A stretch of 64,000 nt of DNA from Candidatus Shapirobacteria bacterium (GTDB taxonomy: Bacteria > Patescibacteriota > Microgenomatia > UBA12405): assembly GCA_028704635.1 (NCBI GenBank), contig JAQWFB010000002.1:128693-192692 (forward strand), read 5' to 3'. Position 1 is the stretch's first letter. Every line of letters starts with the position of its first letter. Positions 1-12,092 of the stretch are shown piece by piece. The notes beneath the pieces were generated by a model. It ran no database searches and was not told the origin of the DNA. It saw only the letters and a program-made list of their open reading frames with translations. Position numbers and translations under genes: made by a program.

Positions 1-1094
1 TACCTCAACACACTCAATGGATCCAAATTCCCATTTGGACCTTTAATTTCAAAATGCAAATGAGTTCCAGTTGAACGACCAGTATTTCCCATTGTTCCAA
101 TTTTTTGTCCTTGTCTCACCACTTGTCCTGGTTGTACCACAATTGATCCAGTCACCATATGAGCATACAAAGTTGAATAACCATTACCATGATTAATCAC
201 CACATAATTACCATAACCACCACCATTCCATCCAGCACTCGTCACAGTTCCACCTTGTGCTGCCACGATTGGCGGATTACTATGATTAGCAATATCCACA
301 GCTCGATGATACCAATAATATTTTTGACTAATTGTTCCCGAAGTTGGCCACATAAAGTTACCCTCTCCTTTCACCCCTGCCACCGGTGCCACTGTTCTAG
401 CCGCATATCTAGTTGTATCCAAAACAGTTTCTTTAGGTTTAATTCCATCTGGAATAATCAATTCTTGTCCAGCACTCAACGCAAAAGTTTCATCATTACT
501 AAAAGTATTAAAAGGATAATCAATAATGTTTTGAGCATCGACTTGATAGGCCTTGGCAATACTATAAATAGTTTCTCCTCTTTTTACTTTATATCGAACT
601 CCAGTCACCGGTAAAATTTTTAAAATCTGTCCCACTTTAATCGAATCGACCGTTTTCAAACTGTTTTCCCACATAATTGTATCAATCGTCACTCCAAATT
701 TTAGAGCGATTGACGACACCGTATCTCCATTAGCCACCCGATATTCTGTTGTTTCTCCTTTTGGTAATTCTGAGACCAAAGTATCCGCTCCACTATTATC
801 CGCGGCCATAATTAAATAAGTACTTCCCTCTCCATTATTACTACTATTAATCAAGTTTTCCAATTGACTCGAAAAAACTATTGTTAAAAAAGATAAAATT
901 GCCATACTGGCTCCAATAAAAGTCTGAGAAAATCTACCCCTTTGTCTATACATTGTCTTAGAAGTTATGATTTTCAAAAACCCAGCCCAACCCAAAAAAG
1001 TTTTCCCAAATCCATTCAAAAATCTCCCCTGTGCTTTTAGGAATTCACTCCACAATTTAATTTCACTATTAATATTTTCTTTTAAGTCCGACAT
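1..1094 (-). CDS. LysM-repeat M23 family metallopeptidase (stop codon runs off the window edge)
   Basis: Manual translation from ATG at 1094 (MSDLKENINSEIK...). It has a TM segment, two LysM repeats (YRVANGDTVSSIALKFGV, YKVKRGETIYSIAKAY) and M23 motifs HRAVDIA, YAHM, STGTHLHFE. Absent from the ORF track because the stop is truncated. Confidence 0.9.
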   Translation of the reverse strand, partial: MSDLKENINSEIKLWSEFLKAQGRFLNGFGKTFLGWAGFLKIITSKTMYRQRGRFSQTFIGASMAILSFLTIVFSSQLENLINSSNNGEGSTYLIMAADNSGADTLVSELPKGETTEYRVANGDTVSSIALKFGVTIDTIMWENSLKTVDSIKVGQILKILPVTGVRYKVKRGETIYSIAKAYQVDAQNIIDYPFNTFSNDETFALSAGQELIIPDGIKPKETVLDTTRYAARTVAPVAGVKGEGNFMWPTSGTISQKYYWYHRAVDIANHSNPPIVAAQGGTVTSAGWNGGGYGNYVVINHGNGYSTLYAHMVTGSIVVQPGQVVRQGQKIGTMGNTGRSTGTHLHFEIKGPNGNLDPLSVLR

Positions 1095-1124
1095 GACTTT
1101 TATATTATATCAATTAAATTAAAA

Positions 1125-1231
1125 TCCCTCTCGGCTTCGCCGCTTCTCCCTTTGACTAAAGGGAGACTCTTTTATTTTATTTAGGCCCCCTTTTGTCAAA
1201 GGGGGCAAACGAACGAAGTGAGTTGGGGGAT
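1125..1231. repeat. Family A palindromic elements, inverted pair
   Basis: ctccctttgactaaagggaga (reverse orientation) and ggcccccttttgtcaaaggggg...gggggattt. Confidence 0.75.
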
Positions 1232-1233
1232 TT

Positions 1234-2583
1234 TTACTTTTTTCCTATCTTATCCAAAAATTCCTGATTATTTTTAGTTTTAGCCATCTGGCCCAAAATC
1301 ATTTCCGTCGTTTCTTCGCTCTTACCTAAAGCATCAAACATTCTTCTAATTGAAATAATTTTAGCCATCACTGTTGGTTCTAAGAGTAGATTTTCCATTC
1401 TAGTTCCTGATCTCAAAATATCGAAAGCTGGGAAAATTCTTCTCTCAGCCAAATTTCTTTCCAATCTTAATTCCATATTGCCAGTTCCTTTAAATTCTTC
1501 AAAAATCAAATCATCCATTTTTGAACCAGTATCCACTAATGCTGTTCCAATAATAGTCAACGAACCACCATTTTCAATTTTTCTAGCCGCCCCAAAAAAT
1601 CTTTTTGAGGGGTATAAAGCTGCTGGGTCAAAACCACCCGACAATGTTCTACCTGAAGTTGGAATTGCTAAATTATAAGCTCGAGCCAATCTTGTAATTG
1701 AGTCAAACACAATTACCACATCTTTACCCATTTCCACTAATCTTTTAGCTCTTTCCATGGCAATTTCAGCCGATCTGGTTTGATCTTCTGGTTTTTGATC
1801 AAAAGAAGACGCCACCACTTCACCTTTAATAAATCTTTGCATATCAGTTACTTCTTCTGGTCTTTCACCTACCAACACTGCCATCAAATGAGCTTCTGGA
1901 TAATTAATTGCCACTCCAGCCGCAATTTCTTTTAATAAAGTTGTTTTACCAGCTTTTGGTGGTGACACCACCATTCCTCTTTGACCAAATCCAATTGGTG
2001 AAAATAAATCAATTATTCTCGTCGAATAAATATCTGAATTTGTTTCCAATTTAATCTGTTTTTGAGGATAAATTGGCACTAAATCTTTAAAGTCCGGTCG
2101 GTTTTGCACTTGAGCTAAATCTAAGCCATTAACTTTATCAATTCGAGTCATTGCCCAATATTTTTCATTTTCTTTTGGTGCTTTGGCCTGACCTAAAATC
2201 ATATCCCCTGCTCGAAGTCCATATCGTCGAATTTGCATTGATCCAATAAAAGCATCTCTAATAGTTGGAATAAATTTAGGTCTCACAAATCCCTGTCCGT
2301 CCTGCATTATTTCCAATGCCCCCACAATTGTCTCTGTTTGAACTGGAGCCGGTGGATTATAACGAGGTATTTGTTGTTGTGGTGATCTTGATATTTGAGT
2401 TTGTGGTTGTTGAACCGGTGGTTTAACAAAACTTACAACATTATTATCTTTTTTAATTTCTTCAGCTTTCACTTCTTCTTTTACCTCAACAATATTCTGT
2501 TTTACAGAATTAGCTTTAATTTCTGAAACCTCAGCTTTAACAAGTTCAGAAACAACAACATCGTCGGTTTTTTTCTTTATCAT
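1234..2583 (-). CDS. rho: Transcription termination factor Rho
   Basis: GQGFVR RNA-binding motif, PPKAGKT Walker A, ERPEEVTD, DSITRLARAYN, FEEFKGTGNME. Confidence 0.97.
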   Translation of the reverse strand: MIKKKTDDVVVSELVKAEVSEIKANSVKQNIVEVKEEVKAEEIKKDNNVVSFVKPPVQQPQTQISRSPQQQIPRYNPPAPVQTETIVGALEIMQDGQGFVRPKFIPTIRDAFIGSMQIRRYGLRAGDMILGQAKAPKENEKYWAMTRIDKVNGLDLAQVQNRPDFKDLVPIYPQKQIKLETNSDIYSTRIIDLFSPIGFGQRGMVVSPPKAGKTTLLKEIAAGVAINYPEAHLMAVLVGERPEEVTDMQRFIKGEVVASSFDQKPEDQTRSAEIAMERAKRLVEMGKDVVIVFDSITRLARAYNLAIPTSGRTLSGGFDPAALYPSKRFFGAARKIENGGSLTIIGTALVDTGSKMDDLIFEEFKGTGNMELRLERNLAERRIFPAFDILRSGTRMENLLLEPTVMAKIISIRRMFDALGKSEETTEMILGQMAKTKNNQEFLDKIGKK

Positions 2584-2732
2584 TTTTTTTGGAAATTTAT
2601 AATCAATTAAATAAATTACTTCTGTAAAGGCGTGACTCGCCTAAAAACAAACAGTAAAACGGGAAATCTTCTTAATTCAAACCAATTTTAATAGTTTTTT
2701 TCCATTAAGTCAACAATTTGTTATCATCATTT

Positions 2733-3983
2733 ATGAACGAGCCTTTTATTCCTATTCAATCTCCTAAGTTACCAATACCAATTTGCGCACCAATTTCAAA
2801 AAAATCCCCCTTTAATCAAACAGTCATAATTACTATTGTTGTCGGATTTGAACTGTTTCTCTATGGCTTACTAACTCAAATCACTGAATCACTCAAATTA
2901 TCCGTATACACTGCAGTAGGAATACTACTCATTATTACTAGCTTGGTTCTAGTCAAAAATCAAAAATATGGAAAAATACTATTTTCCATTATTACTTGGA
3001 CAATTACCCTATCTATTTTAATCCTCACCCTTTTAATTATAATCAATCCATTCGGTATATTATTTCTTATTGCACTTACGGCAAATTTTTCAACTGAAAC
3101 TATAGCTCAAATAGGATTCATAATTGGTCTAAATATTTATATGCATTCAGCCAACAAAACACTGTCTGATTACATAAAACACAACACAGTCCAAACATTA
3201 AATATAACAAGTAAATTACTATATTTTGGTCTATTTATAATTTGTTTATCAATGGCTACTTTTTTGTATCCCTTAATATATCCATCGCAAGGAAAAGCCA
3301 AGGAATTTAAGTCATATCTCGAGAATAAATATCACGAAAAATTTGAGTTGTCTAATTTTAAAACCACCAGCAAATATGAAAACTCCTTTGTTTCTTGTGA
3401 TGAGTTAATTGCCACCGCTCATCCAAAAAATAACCACGAAATAACTTTTGAAGTTAGTAGTTTTATTAGAAATTGTAAAGGCTACGATAAATACTACGAC
3501 GACTATATTGATAAATCTTTAAAATACAAAATAAGTAAAAAAATAAAAGAAGTTTTTGGTGTAACACCTAAATACGACATAGACTTATCATTCGATTCAA
3601 GAGGACAGACTAGTAATAAAAATATTCAACCAATTTTAACTCTCAGCATATTTATAGAATCTTCATTAACAAAAGATAACGTCAACCTATCAGAAGAACA
3701 AATTCGTGAAATGTCCAACTATATTGTCAACGAACTTGGATTAACAGAATTCTATTTCTACTACATAATAAAAAGCCAACTTTCTGCCGACGAATTCCAA
3801 AGGTTGCAAATAGAACCAGGTATTAAAGTAAATTGCCAAGAAAAATTTTCCATTGATTACAACAATTACCAGCAAATAAATACCGATGTTAATCTAAAAA
3901 AATATTATTCACCAAAAGAGTGTATTTATAACCTAGGAAAATCTCAAACCAGTATCAACTATGTTGATACTTACCCTAATTAA
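2733..3983 (+). CDS. Hypothetical membrane protein (about 5 N-terminal TMs and a soluble C-terminal domain)
   Basis: Long ORF with a hydrophobic N-half. ATG 2733 is preceded by a TGnTATCAT -10-like box. Confidence 0.7.
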   Translation: MNEPFIPIQSPKLPIPICAPISKKSPFNQTVIITIVVGFELFLYGLLTQITESLKLSVYTAVGILLIITSLVLVKNQKYGKILFSIITWTITLSILILTLLIIINPFGILFLIALTANFSTETIAQIGFIIGLNIYMHSANKTLSDYIKHNTVQTLNITSKLLYFGLFIICLSMATFLYPLIYPSQGKAKEFKSYLENKYHEKFELSNFKTTSKYENSFVSCDELIATAHPKNNHEITFEVSSFIRNCKGYDKYYDDYIDKSLKYKISKKIKEVFGVTPKYDIDLSFDSRGQTSNKNIQPILTLSIFIESSLTKDNVNLSEEQIREMSNYIVNELGLTEFYFYYIIKSQLSADEFQRLQIEPGIKVNCQEKFSIDYNNYQQINTDVNLKKYYSPKECIYNLGKSQTSINYVDTYPN

Positions 3984-3987
3984 CCAA

Positions 3988-4039
3988 AAATAGAGTTGAA
4001 AGTAGAAGACCTGCCCCCTCTTCTACTCTCAACTCTATT
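3988..4039. terminator. Long hairpin, probable intrinsic terminator
   Basis: aatagagttgaaagtagaaga ... tcttctactctcaactctatt, a near-perfect 21-bp inverted repeat just after the stop at 3983. Confidence 0.65.
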
Positions 4040-4094
4040 CTCAAAGCTAAATTAATTTAATTTAACCCACAGATCGGTTAATCTTAATTTGACT

Positions 4095-4238
4095 TTTAGA
4101 CCAAATTTACCTATCTTAGATGTTGAAGAAACAATGTTATTCGTGTTCCACCTGCTTTGAGAACATCGGTAGCCTTGTTTCTTTTTCGTTTCTTTAGCTA
4201 AAAATTCAAGTCGTAGATGATGAATTTTTGTCTAAAGA
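4095..4238. ncRNA. Putative structured ncRNA (rod-like hairpin with internal bubble, 6S-like candidate)
   Basis: Nested complementarity: tttagac/gtctaaa, aaattta/tgaattt, aagaaacaa/ttgtttctt, gtgttc/gaacat. Intergenic. Confidence 0.3.
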
Positions 4239-4283
4239 CACGATACCGGCAAAGCCGGTATATAGCCGATTTATCGGAGTATC

Positions 4284-4412
4284 TTACATCAAAATCAACT
4301 TTCCTCTAAGCTTTCCCATCTCTTTAAACTGTTTTTCCGCCCAAGCATCTTTTTTCTTGCCGGACTTTTTTGCGCTTTTAGAAGAAAACATTTTTTTAAT
4401 TAGTTGAAGCAT
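4284..4412 (-). CDS. Small basic protein, 42 aa (MLQLIKKMFSSKSAKKSGKKKDAWAEKQFKEMGKLRGKLILM)
   Basis: Manual translation. TATACT -10 box lies 6 nt before the ATG and a hairpin pair follows the stop. Confidence 0.5.
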   Translation of the reverse strand: MLQLIKKMFSSKSAKKSGKKKDAWAEKQFKEMGKLRGKLILM

Positions 4413-4616
4413 TGATTTAGTATAACGTGGTTTTTACAGTTGTCTATATCCTATATTAATTTGCCTCCCTAAAACTCACCATCCTATATTTTTTTATTTA
4501 TAAAAATTAGGTTTATTTTCACCACTTTTAAACCATTTTCAGTCATTGTGGAAAACTCAAGGATAACTTTAGTTATCCGCAGCCCCGCCACTGCGGGGTC
4601 GTTTTTCCTTCTTTTT

Positions 4617-4644
4617 GTAGGGTACAGGCATGCCTGTACCCTAC
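4617..4644 (+). repeat. GTAG-type REP (family B)
   Basis: gtagggtacaggcatgcctgtaccctac, with near-identical copies at 6923-6949 and 18571-18597. Confidence 0.85.
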
Positions 4645-4753
4645 CGAAACCAGACCATGAAAAAAGGCCCCGATTGAAAATTAAAAATAAATAACGCGTG
4701 TGCGTCACCAATTTTTAATCCCCTTTCAGAGCCCATCAAACCAAAGGACAAAT

Positions 4754-5179
4754 CTACTTATTTGAGCAAGGAATAATATCAGATTTATACTCGGAAGCAA
4801 TTGTGTTCCATTTAATATTGAAACCATTTCCAAAAAATGATTTTTTGATTCTGATTTCAACAAATTCCGAAAAGTAAATTGGAAATGAAATATCTCCATC
4901 AATTTCCATCGGTTTTACAAAAACCAATGATGCAATTCCTTTTCCAAAACACTTATACAAACCTTCAATGTCAGAAAAAATATCCACATGGTTAAACCTG
5001 TCATCGACAACAATTGCCAAGACATCACCCTTTTTTATAGTTCTCCTAACAAAACCTGAGATTCCAGCCATACAAACCAAAACCTCAACTCCGGGATAAG
5101 TTTTTTTAATAGATTCTTCCAATAACGGATATTTGTCCAAAACATTTTGTAAAACTACAACCGTACCAATTTTTTTCAT
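4754..5179 (-). CDS. Hypothetical protein
   Basis: 141-aa ORF with an SD-like AAGGGTG upstream. Confidence 0.6.
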   Translation of the reverse strand: MKKIGTVVVLQNVLDKYPLLEESIKKTYPGVEVLVCMAGISGFVRRTIKKGDVLAIVVDDRFNHVDIFSDIEGLYKCFGKGIASLVFVKPMEIDGDISFPIYFSEFVEIRIKKSFFGNGFNIKWNTIASEYKSDIIPCSNK

Positions 5180-5370
5180 TCACTATCACCCTTTTTTTTT
5201 ATTCTGCCTAGGCAGTAATCTGGACGCTCCTCCGTCCACAGTACCGCCTACGAGAATATTTCGATTTATCTTTTAATTTTAAAAGTACTTAAACAACCCC
5301 ACTTTTTACGCTTTATATAAATAGTGTAATTATTTAATTCTCGACATTATATATTATAAGACGCAAAAAG

Positions 5371-6708
5371 TCAAGTTTTCAACTCAGACACATTCCTAAT
5401 TTCCACCAATTTCCTTCCTAAACTCTCCGCTTCCTTTTTCCTTTTTTCCAAATTCCTCACTTTTCTCACTTCCCCCAACAAACTCACCTCCCCCACCCAA
5501 ACCGGCAAAGTTTTTCTCCCCTCCTTGTCAAAGGAGGGGGTGGGGGTGGATTTATACGAACTCCATATTGCTACCAACACCGCCAAATCTGCTGCCGTCT
5601 CCTCAATTTTCACTCCACCCGTCACCGACAAAAACACATCATACTTATATAAAGGTACCCCTAAACTTTTTTGAGCAATCGCTATCATCAACTGTCCCCG
5701 ATTATAATCAATCCCCGAAAAAATCCTTTTTGGCATCGGTGCAAAACTTTCCACCACCAAAGCCTGAATTTCCAATATCATTGGTCGAGTCCCCTCCATC
5801 ACCACCGTCACTGCACTCCCAATTTTATTTTCACCATTTTCAATTAAATTAATTTCTTCCGATTTAATTTCTCGAAGTCCTTTTTCTTCCATTTTAAAAA
5901 CTCCCACCTCATCTGTCGGACCAAACCGATTTTTACTAGTTCGAAGAATTCTCAAATCGCCATTTTTTTCTCCCTCAAAATACAACACCGTGTCCACCAT
6001 GTGTTCCAACAATTTTGGTCCAGCAATATCCCCGTCTTTCGTCACGTGTCCCACAATAAAAATTGCCATCCCTTTTTTCTTTGCCATTTGTATTAATCGA
6101 AAAGTCGATTCTTTAATTTGACTCACCGACCCTATTACTCCCGTCGCATTTTCACAATTCATGACCTGAATCGAGTCCACCACTGCTATTTTGTATAACT
6201 TTTGTGTTCGATCCAAAAACTCCTCTAATTCATCAATCGAATTTGTGCCTAAAACATCGAAGTTATTAGCATTTAAACCTAACCTTTTTACTCTTAACCC
6301 AATTTGCTCTGCCGATTCCTCCCCAGCCACATACAATCCCCCTATCTTTCCAATTAATTGTGTTAATAAAGTGCTCTTTCCAATCCCTGGTTCACCCGCA
6401 AACAGTACCGCCGACCCCTGAACAATTCCTTTACCCAAAACTCTATCAAATTCCCCTATAGTAGTTGAAAACACACTGTTATTATTTACTGGTTTTAACA
6501 AATTTTCATTATCCATTTTCCCTAAATTTCTCACTTCCAATTTCTCTCCCAATACTCTTTTTCTTTTACTTGATAAACTTGACGAACTTGAAAAACTTTT
6601 AACTTCTTTAAGTGAATTCCACTCTCCACAACCACTACACTGCCCCGCCCATTTTCCAAATTCATTTCCACAATTACTACACACAAAAACAGTCTCTTTA
6701 TTTTTCAT
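5371..6708 (-). CDS. radA: DNA repair protein RadA/Sms
   Basis: C4 zinc finger CSNC..CSGC, GEPGIGKS, KNRFG motif, Lon-like C-terminus. Start placed at the ATG after TATAAT. Confidence 0.96.
   Translation of the reverse strand: MKNKETVFVCSNCGNEFGKWAGQCSGCGEWNSLKEVKSFSSSSSLSSKRKRVLGEKLEVRNLGKMDNENLLKPVNNNSVFSTTIGEFDRVLGKGIVQGSAVLFAGEPGIGKSTLLTQLIGKIGGLYVAGEESAEQIGLRVKRLGLNANNFDVLGTNSIDELEEFLDRTQKLYKIAVVDSIQVMNCENATGVIGSVSQIKESTFRLIQMAKKKGMAIFIVGHVTKDGDIAGPKLLEHMVDTVLYFEGEKNGDLRILRTSKNRFGPTDEVGVFKMEEKGLREIKSEEINLIENGENKIGSAVTVVMEGTRPMILEIQALVVESFAPMPKRIFSGIDYNRGQLMIAIAQKSLGVPLYKYDVFLSVTGGVKIEETAADLAVLVAIWSSYKSTPTPSFDKEGRKTLPVWVGEVSLLGEVRKVRNLEKRKKEAESLGRKLVEIRNVSELKT
5516..5552 (+). repeat. Family A element in-frame in radA
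   Basis: cccctccttgtcaaaggagggggtgggggtgg, encodes STPTPSFDKEGR. Confidence 0.8.
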
Positions 6709-6730
6709 TACCAATTATACTAGATAAATA

Positions 6731-6825
6731 AAATTTAAATTCGCAGTTGCAATTTTTTATGGCCTTGAACGTGGGCGACCACATTCACCAGACATAAAAA
6801 ATTCTGTAACTAGAATTTCAATTTA
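6731..6825 (+). repeat. Family D long hairpin, copy 1
   Basis: agttgca-attttttatg...tgaacgtgg-gcga-ccacattca...cataaaaaat-tgtaact, related to 35837-35920. Confidence 0.6.
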
Positions 6826-6888
6826 AAAGATAAATTAATCAGAAAAATTTAAAAAAACATTTCTAGGGCCTCTCACGAAGTCACCACC

Positions 6889-6917
6889 AAAAATCCCCCT
6901 ATTACAGGGGGATTTTT
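6889..6917. terminator. Intrinsic terminator downstream of rpsA
   Basis: aaaatccccct-attac-agggggatttt hairpin with A/T tails. Confidence 0.7.
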
Positions 6918-6965
6918 ATACTGTAGGGGACAGGCATGCCTGTACCCTAACAAAAAACACACAAA

Positions 6966-8081
6966 TTATTTATAAATCACATTCTTCTTACTTGTCTCTA
7001 CAATTCCCAAAGAGATCTTTCTCTTTTGGACATCAATGCTTTCAATGTAGACTTGGACTTTTTCACCTTCTTTCACCGACACTCCACCAGTCAATTTAGA
7101 AATATGAATTAATCCTTCAACACCAGTTTCCAATTTAACCAAAGCTCCAAAGTTGGCAATTCGAACTACTTCACCCTCAACTTCTTTATCTTTTGGATAT
7201 TTTTCTTCAATTACTGACCATGGATCATCAGATAATCTTTTGATTGAAAATTGCAATCTGCTATCATCTTTATTAATCAATTTAATTTTAATTTTATCTT
7301 TAGCTCTATACATTTGCGATAAGTCATTCACTTTTTCCCAAGAAATTTCTGAGATATGAACCAATCCTTCCAAATTCAAAGGAGCTCCTTTGTTATCAGT
7401 GTTAACTCTCACAAAGATGCCAAATGGTTCCACTCTAACGATATCAGCATCAAATACATCCCCAACTGCTAAATTTTCAATTGCTCCAACTTCCTCACCC
7501 ACTTTTTCCGGTTCAGACACTAATCTTTCAGAGAAAACCAATCTATTTTTAGCTTGATCAACTTCCAAAACTTTAGTTTTAATTTTTTTACCCATCATCT
7601 TATCTGGGTCACCATCATATTTACCTCCAATTTGAGAACCTGGAATAAATCCAAAAAAGCCAAAAGGTGCCACAACCACTGCTCCGCCTCGATTTAATTC
7701 CTTAGCAAAAACAGTCACTTCGCCACCTGATTTTTCTTTTTCTTTAAAATAATTCCAACCATAACCACTAGCTGCTCCACGAATGGAAGCTAAAATTTGA
7801 CCTTTATCATTTTCTGGACTTTTAATTTGAACTTCAATTTCATCGTTGAGTTTCAAATCCGCTACATAGTCTTTCACAAATTCAAATTCTTTACCAGCAA
7901 CTACTGCATCAGTTTTACCACCAACATCAATATAAATTGCTTTATTTTTAATTGCTGTAATTCTTCCTTTAACGTCTTGTCCTTTTTTAAGTCCAGTCAA
8001 TTGGATTCCTTCCATTTTCAAAAGATCCGCCATTGTTAAAGCAGCATCACTCTTTTTTACTTTTTTTTCTTTTTTAGCCAT
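6966..8081 (-). CDS. rpsA: 30S ribosomal protein S1 (short, about 4 S1 domains)
   Basis: Repeated S1 motifs FGFIPGSQI, EGLVHISEISW, EGLIHISKL. Confidence 0.9.
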   Translation of the reverse strand: MAKKEKKVKKSDAALTMADLLKMEGIQLTGLKKGQDVKGRITAIKNKAIYIDVGGKTDAVVAGKEFEFVKDYVADLKLNDEIEVQIKSPENDKGQILASIRGAASGYGWNYFKEKEKSGGEVTVFAKELNRGGAVVVAPFGFFGFIPGSQIGGKYDGDPDKMMGKKIKTKVLEVDQAKNRLVFSERLVSEPEKVGEEVGAIENLAVGDVFDADIVRVEPFGIFVRVNTDNKGAPLNLEGLVHISEISWEKVNDLSQMYRAKDKIKIKLINKDDSRLQFSIKRLSDDPWSVIEEKYPKDKEVEGEVVRIANFGALVKLETGVEGLIHISKLTGGVSVKEGEKVQVYIESIDVQKRKISLGIVETSKKNVIYK

Positions 8082-8210
8082 AATTTTACACTCCCGCTAC
8101 TGCGGGATTAAAAAAAATCTCCCAATTACTTGGGAGCTTTCGCGGGATTGGTTACCCCAAATAAATTATTAAAATATATTTTGAATTTATTGAACCGAAA
8201 TTAGTTAATT

Positions 8211-8292
8211 CGACGAGATGATATTTTTTCGCGCGCAACATCCGAGGTGCAATGCCGAAGGGCGTGAGCACGACAAAAATGTTATCGAGTCG
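8211..8292 (+). repeat. Family C about 80-nt structured repeat, copy 1
   Basis: The core cgcgcgcaacatccgaggtgcaatgccgaagggcgtgagcacg is identical to 29933-29975, with covarying arms. Confidence 0.85.
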
Positions 8293-8313
8293 AAAAATAA
8301 TTTAGTTTCTGAA

Positions 8314-8431
8314 TTCTGGCCACGACCTATCTTCAGGATCCCTTGCGGGAAGACTATTGTCAGCGCTAAAGCGTTTCACTTCTCTGTTCGAAATGGGAAG
8401 AGGTGGGTCCACCTCGCTCCAATGACCAGAG
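8314..8431 (-). rRNA. rrf: 5S rRNA
   Basis: The reverse complement contains CCCATTTCGAACAGAGAAGTGAAACGC (5S loop C region) and a terminal helix. It lies downstream of the 23S. Confidence 0.9.
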
Positions 8432-8625
8432 TTCAAAAACTAAACTTGTATCGAATTGTAATTATATTTCTAATTTCTTGTTTTAATTTGCTAAATTATT
8501 AAAATTTTTACTTGAAAAACTTTATAAACTTGACAAACTTTTAACTTATTTCTTGGCCTCTAAATTGAGTTGCCCTATTCAGCTTCCAAACCCGAATTTT
8601 GATCGGGGCTGAAAGCCAAATATAT

Positions 8626-11593
<2,968 letters not shown>

Positions 11594-11764
11594 ATATTTG
11601 GCAACTCAATTTAGTTGCCAAGAATAAACGAAATTGAAATTAAATTACTTCGATTCAATAAATTGTTAATGTACAAATACTTAGTTTAAGGGAACAAATT
11701 TCTTTCTTCCCTTAGTTCTAACTACTTTATAACTTGATAAACTTTATAACTTTTTACTCAAGTG

Positions 11765-11838
11765 TGGACCTGGGGAGAGTCGAACTCCCGACCTCCTCAT
11801 TGCAAATGAGGCGCTATAACCAACTAAGCCACAGGCCC
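11765..11838 (-). tRNA. tRNA-Ala(TGC), CCA not encoded
   Basis: GGGCCTGTGGCTTAGTTGG...CCTCA-TTTGCAA-TGAGG...GTTCGACTC...CAGGTCCA. Confidence 0.95.
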
Positions 11839-12035
11839 AAGTGCCCACTTCTTTAAAGTACTGCTTCGGGTTTATCCTGCCGTAGCCTTGGCGAAGGCGG
11901 ACATAAAAAAACCGAAAGCTCAATGCCTTCGGCCATTCCTTCATTATTCAACTTACTTTTTAAGCGGGCAATCCCCCTTTAATAAAGTTTTTATTGTTTT
12001 TTAGGTTGGTTTTCAGCATCTCGATAAGTGGAAGT

Positions 12036-12064
12036 ATTCTACCTAATTTAGATATCTCCGTCAA
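12036..12064 (-). promoter_or_regulatory. Sigma70 promoter of the tRNA-Ala-23S-5S unit
   Basis: Minus strand TTGACG-17 nt-TAGAAT. Confidence 0.75.
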
Positions 12065-12092
12065 CACGCAAATTTGATTACAAACGAATCAC

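Noticed and set aside
6731-8292. Integron attC sites for hairpin families C and D
   Set aside because: The RYYYAAC...GTTRRRY box order is not present, there is no cassette array, and no integrase is in the window.
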